This document shows positions 53,070 through 64,000 of a stretch of 64,000 bases of DNA, piece after piece. A program made the position numbers and the translations under genes. The notes beneath the pieces were generated by a model that was not told the origin of the DNA, made no database searches, and was given only the letters and a program-made list of their open reading frames with translations. Source of the DNA: the human T2T-CHM13v2.0 reference genome, Homo sapiens; assembly GCF_009914755.1 (NCBI RefSeq), contig NC_060935.1, one strand, 5' to 3'. The stretch's first letter is position 1. Each line of letters opens with the position of its first letter.

Positions 53070-55744
53070 TCACACACAACTTAGAGTTACAGAGCCCAGC
53101 AAATAAAATTCTGACTTCAGTTTTCTGTTGCCTCCTTTAGTTGTCTCTTTATTATTCATCTTCCAGGAAGTTTAACCCAGAATATTCCGCCTCCCGCCCA
53201 CACCCAATCACTGGTGGCTAATTAAATAAAGAAGTACTTATTGAAAAAAAAATCTCATGAACTCAGTGTTGTGATAGACTTTTATTCTTTTGATATCCTT
53301 GTGACTTCTCCTCCATACAAATAGAATTAATCACTCTTCATCTGCTCCCAGAGCAGTTTATACATAGATCTTATTATGATGTTGGTATTTGTTTTTCTCA
53401 CATATCTCAAACTATTTATTCATTCAGCACATTATTTTGGCTAGCACTGAGCAAGCTGCTGAGATATAAGATAAGTAACAAAGTAACAAACTCACTGCCT
53501 TGACTAAATTTACAGTCAGTATAGGAGTCAGACATGAAATCTGTATATTCATAACCGGTATTGCTCTCAGCTTCTACCTAGTTTTCTTGCCAGAAAGCTC
53601 AGATTCTCAGTTCTGAGTCTTCCTCTTCCTTATTCCTCCAAACTTTTCTCAAGAATAATACTGGATGTTAGTCATCCAAAAAGGGTCCTGTTCCGCTTTT
53701 AAAGGGAAGTCTATTTATTCTAGAGCTCTCACTCTCAAATCACTCCCAAATGGTGTCTTTGTTTAGGTTGAATCTCAGCAGGACAGTGTCCATTTGTCTA
53801 CTCTTATTCCTGAACAGAGAGGGTTCTCATCCACAATTACAGTTCTTTTAGTCCACATTCACATTCTTAGGATTTGTTTCCTACTGTTAAATAAATTGCC
53901 AGGACAGCATGATCAGGAGGTGTATTCAACCTCAATTGCATGTTGTTGGAACCAGTCGTCCCTGCAAACTGCTACCATTGTGTTGAACACAAGTTACCAG
54001 TCTTGACTTTCTCTGTCCTCCCAACTGTGTACCTCTGACTTAGTTTCCTAACAGTGAAAAGGTTAAAGCTACCCCAGTTTTCCAGAACAGATATTATTAG
54101 TTTTGAAGCCGAGTTGGGAGATTTTTATATCTTCCCTCTGAAAAGGCCATAGAAGCCTTATGAAATTTTACCCAAACCTCTGTAAAAACTCTGCCTATGC
54201 AAGCAAGGGAAGGTGCTGCAAATTAAGAAAACAAACAAAAAAAAATTTTTTATACTCTTTCCACTTGATTAATACTTGCACAACTGAGAGAGTACTTCAG
54301 AGACTGCACAAGAAAGATGATCTGACCCAGGGTGACTTTCAATCTACACTTACTAATACAATGCTTAAAATTCTTTAATAGGATAACCTTTATCATTTGA
54401 AACTGTGATAAGTGGCTGAAAAGGAAAGTAAATGGTGCTAAATGGCTTGCAACAAGGGCAGTGGTATGGTCTGGAGGGTGAGGGGAGAGTAGAAGAAAGG
54501 GAAGGAGGGAAATTTTAAAAATAAACTTTGAATTGAGATTTGAAAAATGAATAGTAGCTAATGTAGGTGAATAAAAGGGCTAGATATGGTTTTCAATACT
54601 GGCTGTATATTAGAGTCATGTGGTGATCTTTTAAACTATTGATGCCAGATCCCACCACAGCATAGATCAATTAAAGATCAAGATGGTGGTGGGAGGAAGG
54701 AATATTTTTCAATACCAGAAAAAAACAGGGTACTAAATGAGGTTGGAAAGAATGGCTGCAGTTAAGTCATTCTTTTTTGTTAGTTTAAGACTTTTGATCA
54801 TTAACTTAAGAAAAATTGGAAGTTATTAAATAATTTTAAGCAGGTTAGTATCATGATCACATTCGTTTTCAAAAAATAAATTTGGATTACTGAAAAGAAC
54901 ATAGATTTGAAGAACAAGACTGGATGCACAGAGATCATGGGTGGCATTAGAGATGCAGTTCATTTCAGCAATTTGTGTTTCTCTTAGACTTGAATGCTAT
55001 GAGCTATCTTATCCTATGTTCTTTCCACCCTGTGCTAACAATTTGCAGAGTGACTTTGTAAAAACGTAATTTTTAAGTTTTCCCTTCTCTCAAGAGTGAA
55101 TCTCCTTTCTCTTGGGAATTTGGGGTGGAATAATTAAATAATAATGTGAAGTGTGAAGGCAGTGGGTGTTTTGTTCTCTGAGGAGCTTGCCTTCATCAGA
55201 GCTGAACAGAATAGTGCCAGATTGGCAGTTTTTGACTCCTGGGGAAAAGGTAATCTTTCTCCCTGACAGCATCATCCCCGCACCAGCCCCCTGGCCAGTA
55301 ACTGCAAAAAAATGAAACTACATTTCTTTTCTTCTGCTTTGTTTTTTATGTAGAGGTATAGAAAGAGAGAAATTAAGTTGAGTAAGTTATAAAAGAAGGT
55401 TATTCCTGTTGGTTGATAAAAATCTCTATACATTTTAAGACTTACAAAATGAGAAATATTATGTGTGTGCACTTAGTTTGACATTTTACTCATTGATAGT
55501 AGTTATTGTAATGCAGAAACATCCTTCTAAAGCATCCCCTTACTTGAGTATATTAGATTATTTTACATCCTAGAGGTTGAGAGTAATGAATTAATAACCA
55601 GTACTAGGCAAGCTGTTCATGATGCTAATTTGAATCCTGACACAGCACCCTCTTCCAGAATAGTCCAGGCTTATTTGCTTTCTTGTCTCTATCACACTGG
55701 CTTAGATATAAATTACATAACATGTGTTCTCAAAATAGGTTAAC

Positions 55745-56300
55745 TTATTCATCCATTTTATAAATGCTTAGTGCAAGCCTACTGTGTGTCCAGCACAGAA
55801 CTAGGTGCTAGGGATACATAAGCAAAACAAAGAATCTTCTCTCTTGACATTTACAGAGCAAATGAAAGTAAAAATACTATAGAAAAAAAAAGAGAGGGTA
55901 TAAGAAAGATAAGGCAAGAGCTGACAAGAACTAGCAAGTGATCAAATGATGGAAGTGGAATGAGTGACACAAAGGGTAGTAGCAGAGGAGGTATGGGATA
56001 TTGAAGGTAAGATTATAAAAGGCTGTGTAAGTCATTGAAGAAACTTTGGCTTTCACTCTGGATGAAATGAGGTTCTAAGAAATGGCATGACCCGACTTAC
56101 ATTTAAATAGGTCATCCTGACCCTTGTGAGAAGGATAGGCCACTGAGGACAAGAGTGTGAGCAAAGAAGCTGCTTGAAAGTACTGCAGGAGTCCCAACCA
56201 AAGATGACGATGATGTAAACCAGAGTGATAGCTGTGAAGGAGGTAGAGAGGGATCAGAATCTGGCTATATGTACGGTAAAGTAAAACAAATCGGGAACAA
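55745..56300 (-). mobile_element. L2 LINE
   Basis: ttattcatccatttttataaatgcttagtgcaagcctactgtgtgtccagcacagaactaggtgctagggataca. Confidence 0.78.
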
Positions 56301-57189
56301 CCTGGTAGTAGGAGACCCAAGTTTTCCTGCTGTGGAGCTTAAATCTTTCCAGATCTCTTCCAGCGTTCATCAGATATTAGTCACTCTTTCATGTACTCTG
56401 GCAACCAACATGACTAGACTTCAGGAACCACGATGTTTAAAAGCGAATGAGACCTCCATTCACACCAGAATAAGGCCCAGCTCCTGAAAAATTATTTCTT
56501 GTCCCAAGATCTATCCATTCCACAATAAAAATTTTACTTTCAAATCCTGCAGGGAACCATTAGGAAGAATACAAATGATCAGTGTGTTCTCAAGGTCATG
56601 GCTACTCAGTTTTACGTAGTCCTACATGTCAAACATCTCAGTCTGGATATAGATTGGTTTTTGTTTGAGTCTAGACTCATTCATCTTCATGAAGGTCACT
56701 CCTCCAGCCTCTGGGGAAAATGAGGACTATATAGGTTTTCTGTAATCTTCAGGGTCTCAGTTTCTCTCTCCTTGAATAACCTCTGAATAAGAACTCATAT
56801 CTCCCCAGGAACAAAAAGTAAAAGTATAGGCATAGAATAATTTAATACATAAAGATGAAAAGGACAAATATTCCAAAGAAACTATAAAGACTACAGAAAG
56901 AGTTTTTTTTTTTTAAGAAAATGTATGCCCAGTTCAGAGAAAAACATTTAACTCATCAAGTTAAACCTTGATTCAGGTCACTGTACTTCAGAGTTCTTCC
57001 CAAATCATAGGTTAATGCTGCCTTTATGCTTATGCAACACAAAGGTCTATACAGAAGGTTTACAGAGCCAAGGAAGAGGCTCTACCAAAGATGAATTGAG
57101 TAGACAAAAAGATTCAAGCTTTGTAAGTCATCATCATTTTGGGTAGTTTCTGATTTGAGAGGTATGCTGTCAACTGAGAAAAAAACATT

Positions 57190-57410
57190 TCTGGAGAATT
57201 TATTAGGCATGGGCACTTTATGAGGTGACCAATCTTTTATAACATTCACACTCTGTGAGGCAGAGATAATTTTCTTCATTTTCCAGATGAGAAAACTGAA
57301 GATAAGAGGGGTTAAATAATTTTTCTAAGGCCATAGAGCTAGTAAATGGTAGAGATGGAATTTGTACTTAAGTCTTTGTGATCCCAAATACCATGCTTTT
57401 TCATTTATAG
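57190..57410 (-). mobile_element. MIR SINE
   Basis: cttcattttccagatgagaaaactgaagataagaggggttaaataatttttctaaggccatagagctagtaaatgg. Confidence 0.82.
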
Positions 57411-59619
57411 CATGTGATTTCTTCCAAGTAGGCAGTAAAGATTGAGGAAATTCAAACTATGCTTGGTGAGAGGCAAGTTGGTGCAACACTGGTAGCCAAC
57501 ACGATGATTTCAAACGAAGGATCTTTGTCATCATCTTACCTAAGAACTTTTGTAAGCATAAAGCAGGAAAATGTATAATAAAACTTAACACGTCTTTCAC
57601 TTGCCCTGGATGAAGGAGTCATTCAAATAGATGTATGCTTACACTTTACGTTTTAAAAAGTTTTTCTCATCTTTATCATTCCTTCACAAAAACCTTTTCA
57701 CCAAATTTGGAAGATTCACTAAAAGAGACTGGAAAAAAAGTCACGGTCTTCTCTTTTCTCTGATCAGTGACAGATTTCCAGCTGGGTGATATATTTTTAA
57801 ACAAATGGTTATTTGAATGAATCAATAGTCACTTTAAAAAAATTATATACATTTTTCCCAAGCATAGATAATATGTGTAACCTTGGTTGGTCTGAATTCA
57901 AAGACCTATAGATATTTGAGATATATTATGTTTACTTCTGGCATTGTCAATTTTCATTTTAATAATCCTTTGTCTTTAATTTGAAACAAATGTATTTTAA
58001 ATAGGAAAAGTCCTTTGGAATTTGCACTGACATGAAAGCATCTTAAGCTATTTTCCCATGTTGATTTGCAAAATACTAGTGTCTCAGTAAGCTATTGGGA
58101 AAAATCAATCCTTGATCCAGAAGTTTGGAAATTCAGCATACTTTATCTCCTGCTTGGATATTTTTTAGCAAATGCATGCATATTAAAGTGTCTTAGAAGT
58201 CCTCTAATGAGAAACCAAAACTTTAGTTAATCATGGAATGAGCCCCCACTTGTTTGCTTCTAATACTCTATGGAAAGGGTAGCCATGCTGCCTTCTAGGT
58301 TTGAATATTAGGCCAATGACATTGGTTCTCTAAGTATTGTTTAGAAACATTGGTAATACAAAAATAAAATATCGTCTGGCAAATCCATGAAACTAGCCCT
58401 GCTTAGAATTTGGGGCTATAGTAGTATATGCATATGAAAATGTTATAGTTTAATTTTAAAACATATATGATTTTAAATTAAATTCAATAATTCTACCCTA
58501 CTCTTGAGCTTTTAAGATTCATATGTTTCTTGATAAATTACATCTAATGGAAATATAATGAACAGTGTTAATCAAATGGAGCTCAGCTGTGTCTAACCTG
58601 GTGGGTGCATCTAAAGGGAAGCAAACAACAGTTCTTTTATTTCAGATGTTTTGCTCCTATAATCACATGAAGGATAAGCTCTGTGTAATTCAGTGTTAGA
58701 ATGGACATAAACTTGTTCCATGCTCTATGAACCTCAGATATTGTAGGAACTTCAGGGAATAACTGTGTTGGCTTTCTTTCAAAGCAGGGTCGAATATGAA
58801 CATGAGTGATGTATGATGCCTAGGTAGTCAGTTGTTTATTTACTTATTTTAGACTACTGAACAAAAGCTAAGTATCGTGATGATTCTCTTATTCAAAAGG
58901 GTATCAGATTCTCTGAGTATAGCAGTATGATCAAAATATGCAAACAATCCTGCAATTTCCAAGAATTAAACCACAGTACCCCATTTTGTAAAAGCTCTTT
59001 ACATAATCCTTATGCATACTTGACTCTGCTTAAAAACCTTTTGTCTAGTCAAAGACACTTTAGTTCTTATTTGTTGATACAAGTAAAACTGGATGAAAAG
59101 ATGAAAGAAAGCAAGCAAATATGACGACTCTACGAGATAACAGACTTTTACAATTTATACCCAGTTTTTTCCAGTATTATCACAGGACCAAGCACATAGT
59201 TTGAGGACCTAGTAGGTACTCAGTAAAATGTGGTAGAAAAATTAGTGAACTAGTTAATAAATGACTAGTGGTAACTGGCAGTGTTTTCTTCCCCCTCTGA
59301 ACAGGAATGGGGTCATGATAAAAAGCCCATCAAAAATAACTTCAGATTTTTAATTGGCTCATGATTGATTGTTCTGATTGGGGATTCTGCAGGTTGAAAA
59401 TCATCAATGTAAGAAAATGCACTAATGCACATAGGTGGTTATTTCTTCTACACGATGTCATTATTACATTTTTATCAAGGTCTTTCTTCATTAAGATTTT
59501 TTTTATCCATATAAATTTCTTTTAAATCAGTGTCAGTGATCATGCATAGTCAAGGGGACAATGTTCTTTATTCCCAAATCAAACTGTGGCATGATATCAT
59601 CAGCTCTGATTCTAAATAA

Positions 59620-59898
<279 letters not shown>

Positions 59899-61379
59899 TA
59901 ATTTGTTTGCCTAATTTGGTAAACTTTCTGATTTCCTGGACACTATGTCATTTCAAGGTGGACCTGCCTAGTGGGAGAGTAAAACAGTTATTTTCAATTT
60001 TAACTTACAACAATTCCCAAGATCAGTCTCACTCCTTATTTCATATAGGTGGGCAGAACTCTTTTTAGTTTTGTGGAAGGCAGAAAGTATAAGTGCATAG
60101 CATTTTCTTCGTATGTAAATTGTTCTTCTCTGTATAGTCATTAGCAAGAATCATTTCTCAAGTCAATGCAACCAGGAAGGTTTCTTAATTCTGTCCTCAA
60201 TAACAAGAAATAAATGGTAATAAGAGGACTGCTTCTTTCAAAGATTTTTCAGTCCTTCCTTTAGGCAAGTAAAGATTAAATAGACATCCGTTTCCCTATA
60301 TTGAGTATCTTGTGTTTTATGCAGAATGTGTCACTTTCCTCCATCATTTCTCACAGTAAAATTCAACAATGCTCTTACTATGCAAAGTATTTACTCATAT
60401 TAAAGACATGAACATGTACACTGATGTGGAGCTTAATATGCTTCCTCAGTTGCTATGGTTTTAAAAGGTTCAGCACAAACAGAATGCCAAGTAAGAGCCT
60501 CTAGATAATGAATATAAGTGAAAATTAAGTGCAATTCAAAAATATGGAGAAATTTCTCAGACCTGCTAGCATAAAAGAGTCCAACTCTGGTAGAAGTGCT
60601 GATATTCTCAAATATTGTGACAAGCCTCTACAGTATTCAACGTAAAATGTGAGGTATTGAGCCTCATCTTCTTAGTCATTTAAAACACGTAGGGCTCGAA
60701 AGATGCAACCATAGTCATTGCCCATAAATCAGAAATTAAGTGTTGGAAACTACTAAGGAATCCTCTTGACAATATTAGAATTAAACACCTAAATTAGCTT
60801 ATATTCATGCTTGGCTAAGGGTTTAAAAATTCTCTATAGACTTGATATTTAGAATATATGCAAATAGTTCCTCAAGGATCTTGGCAAAAAAAGAATAAAA
60901 TTTAAAAAAAGATAAATAAAGGAAATAATATTCTTTCCAATTCCTCAGCACCTCATAAACTAATTTTGAGAGTACAGCTAGGTAAGTTTGCATTTGTGCT
61001 AAACAACAGTTCTTGAGTTCTGGAATTTTTCTATCTTCATGCTATAACCTTCTAAAAAGTCTTTTAAAATACTTGACTGGGACTTATTACAGATGATAAT
61101 ATACAATATTAATAATATGCTGATAATGGCAGGAATACTTGCTCTTTGCTCAAATTTATTCTCTGGTCTGTGCATATTCATGTTATACAAAACCATGCAG
61201 AATAAAAACAGTGAAATAAATTTTAAACTCTCAAATAATTTTACAAGTAGCAGTCTTCAAATTTAGCATAGATATGGTTAATAATCACCTTTGTTTTTTC
61301 ATAGTGGGAGTCAAACTTCGTAAAAATATTCTGAAATTCAATTTGAAAACATTTTCTGTGAGCCTTACAACTTTTCAGA

Positions 61380-61760
61380 CTCCACTTTCTATCTTATGAT
61401 TATAGTTGAAACATGTATAAAAATATTCACTGAAGTATAATTTATAATTGTGAAAAATAAAATATTTAATATGTTATTAGCGGATATAAGCAAATTAGAA
61501 TACAACTTTGCAATGAAATATAGTTTATAAAATGAATGGGTACAAAGATTTCTTAGTGATTTTGGGGGAATATTAAATATAAAATTTTAATTAAAATATA
61601 TAGCATATACAATTATTCATACAAGGTGATTTCATCATGTAAAATATATAGCAATGCAATTAGAAGGAAATATAATAAGAGATGAAAAAGGATTGCTTCT
61701 GATGAGTGGGATTGTGGTTCTCAGTTATTTTCTTTATACTCTTACAAAAGTATATATTTT
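61380..61760 (+). mobile_element. Old L1ME 3' fragments
   Basis: aaaatattcactgaagtataatttataattgtgaaaaa; gattgcttctgatgagtgggattgtgg. Confidence 0.5.
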
Positions 61761-62279
61761 CCACAAGTTCTAATTTGACTGCATTAATGTAAACACAGGA
61801 TGCAAAAGAATGACACAAGAAAATGACCTGTTTTCTAATATCAGGACAAAATTGCTAAAGAAAAAATCTAATAAATTAATCCTAATTTCAGGATCCTTCA
61901 TCCTGCCCCATCCTATGAATTCATCATTGTTTCTAAGCATCATAACTGAATTTATGTACAAACTAATTTCCTTGTAGATTAAAGAGGAGGAAGCCCTTAG
62001 CAACTATCATAAGCATGTCATTTCAGTACATATCAGTATAAAGTTCAGTTCAGGCTGAATGAATATGGTATAAAATATGCTCAAAGAGAGAGCATGTCTT
62101 CCACCTGCCTCCTCTAGACTTCATACAAAACAGATATTTGCCATGATTCCAGAAGATTGGTTCCATTTTTTTATTTCCGTTGTTGGCATTATTTTACTTA
62201 GATCTGGCACAGCCACCTATTATTAAGATGTGATTATACTTTCATTTAATAGAATAGTGAATTATAAATACAACCTCAG

Positions 62280-62602
62280 TGTCTTGATTGGTTTGGGATA
62301 GTAGAACAAATTACCACATACTGGATGTCTTAAGCAACAAACATTTACTTGTCACAGTTCTGGACGCTGGAAGTCTGAGATCAAAGTGGCAGCATGGTTG
62401 GGCTCTGGTGAGGGCCCTCTTTTGGGTTGTATCCTCACATGGTAGAAGGAGGGCTAGCTAGCTCTCTGCTCTCTCCTCCAATTCATGAGGATTCCACTCT
62501 TATGACCTAAATACTTCCCAAAGGCCCCACCTCCAAGAACCATTAAGTATTGGAATTTCAACATGTGAATTTTCGGGAAACACAACTGCTTTGTCTATTG
62601 CA
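62280..62602 (-). mobile_element. MLT1A/MSTD-type MaLR solo LTR
   Basis: tgtctt...aacaaattaccacatactgg...tcacagttctggacgctggaagtctgagatcaa...cccaaaggccccacctcc...attgca. Confidence 0.85.
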
Positions 62603-63504
62603 ATTGGTAACAAATGTTTGCCTTACCCCTAATATTTGACTTTCATAGTTTCAAAAATAGCTTTTCTTTCTTTAACACATGTTCATTCTGCAGTACTCTA
62701 TCCAGGAAAAGTCTTATAGAGACAATGGGAACACATTCTATGGTGTAATACTTTTCATATTGCTCTTTCCACCATCTCAGTTGGATTTTACTAATTTAAA
62801 AAAAAATGGAAGTCAGAGCACGTTTGGCCTCTTCTCTTTTTCCTTATTTCTGCCTTTTCAAATAAACTTCAAGGAACTCTTAGTGATGGAATAATTGTTG
62901 TTCCCTTAACTTAGATTTAAAAAATCTTTATCACAATTAATTTCTTTGTTTCTCTTCCTAAGAAGTACATTAAAAACATTCTCTTGCTGGATTGTAAGTG
63001 ACCTTCCTTTGTATGAATTAGAGCTTAGGTCTTTGGGCTGTGTGCCACAAGTGTTGCTCTGTCCCAAGGGAGATTTTGAAGAGGATGTTTTCTTGACTCA
63101 GATCATTTTTAAAAAAACTATATTCATTTTTTAATTACCTGGTAGGAATGCATGTAAAAGAAGAGTTCTACTATATCCAAGGAAAAAATGAAAAAGGGGG
63201 GGAAAACATGGAACATATGCAGTTACTATCCCTTTTAATTGGTGTTTTTCCTGAAGTTTCTTCTTTATAATGTTTTTCAAAAAAATATGATTATTGCATT
63301 GTGATCGTGGAAAGTCTTAGAAAATACCATGGAAATTCTCATGATTTACCAATAAAAATATTTTAAAATATGCAGCATTTTCCAAAGTGTGTCAAAGTAT
63401 TAGTAGTTCAACAGGATCTTAAAAGAAGAATATACTGTGACCAAATTTGTTTCTGAACTTCTGAGTTAATAAATAAGAATATTTACTGAAAATATTTTTA
63501 GAGA

Positions 63505-63680
63505 AGTGGCTCTCAGTCTTTAGAGCACCTTAAAATGACCTGGGAAGTAATAAAAATGAAGATTTCTGGAACCTGCTCCCAGAGATTCTGGCATATTAGC
63601 TTTGGAATGGGATTGGGTATATAAATTTTTAGCAAGCATTCCAAATGTTTGTGATGTCCATGGTAAGGAAATCTTGTCTT
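63505..63680. mobile_element. MER5-type DNA transposon fragment
   Basis: gtggctctca...cctgctcccagagattctg...atttttagcaagcattccaaatgtttgtgatg. Confidence 0.65.
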
Positions 63681-64000
63681 GGATATTTTAATATTTTAAT
63701 AGTCTTTATATATTTTATAAATTTCAAGAGGCAGTTATAAATTGTATAGCCTTTTCCTAATTACCATGTAATACTGGTGTTCTTGAGAAAAGAGTTTGAG
63801 AACTGCTTGGAGTTCTTTTGGAAGATCTTCCCAGACCAGTTTAAATAATGGATGTAACATTAACTAACTCCTTAGGAACTACTTGTCATTTATTTACAAT
63901 GTACACTGGAAATTTGGGATAGCAGCCAACTCATAATAAAGGAATGCTATTCAAGCATAAACTAAGTGGCAAATTATTTTCGTGATGGCCAATCTAGTCT

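Overview
AT-rich primate (human-type) genomic DNA from inside the ANO3 gene (anoctamin 3 / TMEM16C), transcribed on the + strand. Three internal coding exons are present: 5903-6021, 50922-51080 and 59647-59747. They splice in frame to ...[14 protein letters not shown]...KTKLSK|[26 protein letters not shown]...MLEKE|[34 protein letters not shown]..., which I recognise as the ANO3 N-terminal cytoplasmic region (probably exons 4-6 of the canonical transcript). They are separated by introns of 44.9 kb and 8.6 kb. The rest is intronic and largely transposon-derived: 10 Alus, L1 fragments of many ages, L2/MIR, MER5 DNA elements, solo LTRs and two full-length MaLR proviruses (MSTA-like; THE1A carrying a nested AluSc and a nested antisense LTR12). 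Almost all ORFs in the supplied track are repeat-derived or chance. I see no evidence of a new protein-coding system. The best leads are RNA-processing and regulatory: (1) a strong cryptic 3' splice site directly followed by (UG)21 and an immediate stop codon, resembling TDP-43-repressed cryptic exons; (2) a candidate internal promoter/first exon near 16.6-17.0 kb; (3) a frame-symmetric, stop-free 159-nt exon bracketed by competing inverted Alus; (4) an antisense LTR12 promoter; (5) a 33-nt candidate poison exon. Repeat subfamily names come from recalled consensus sequences, and boundaries of old repeats are approximate.
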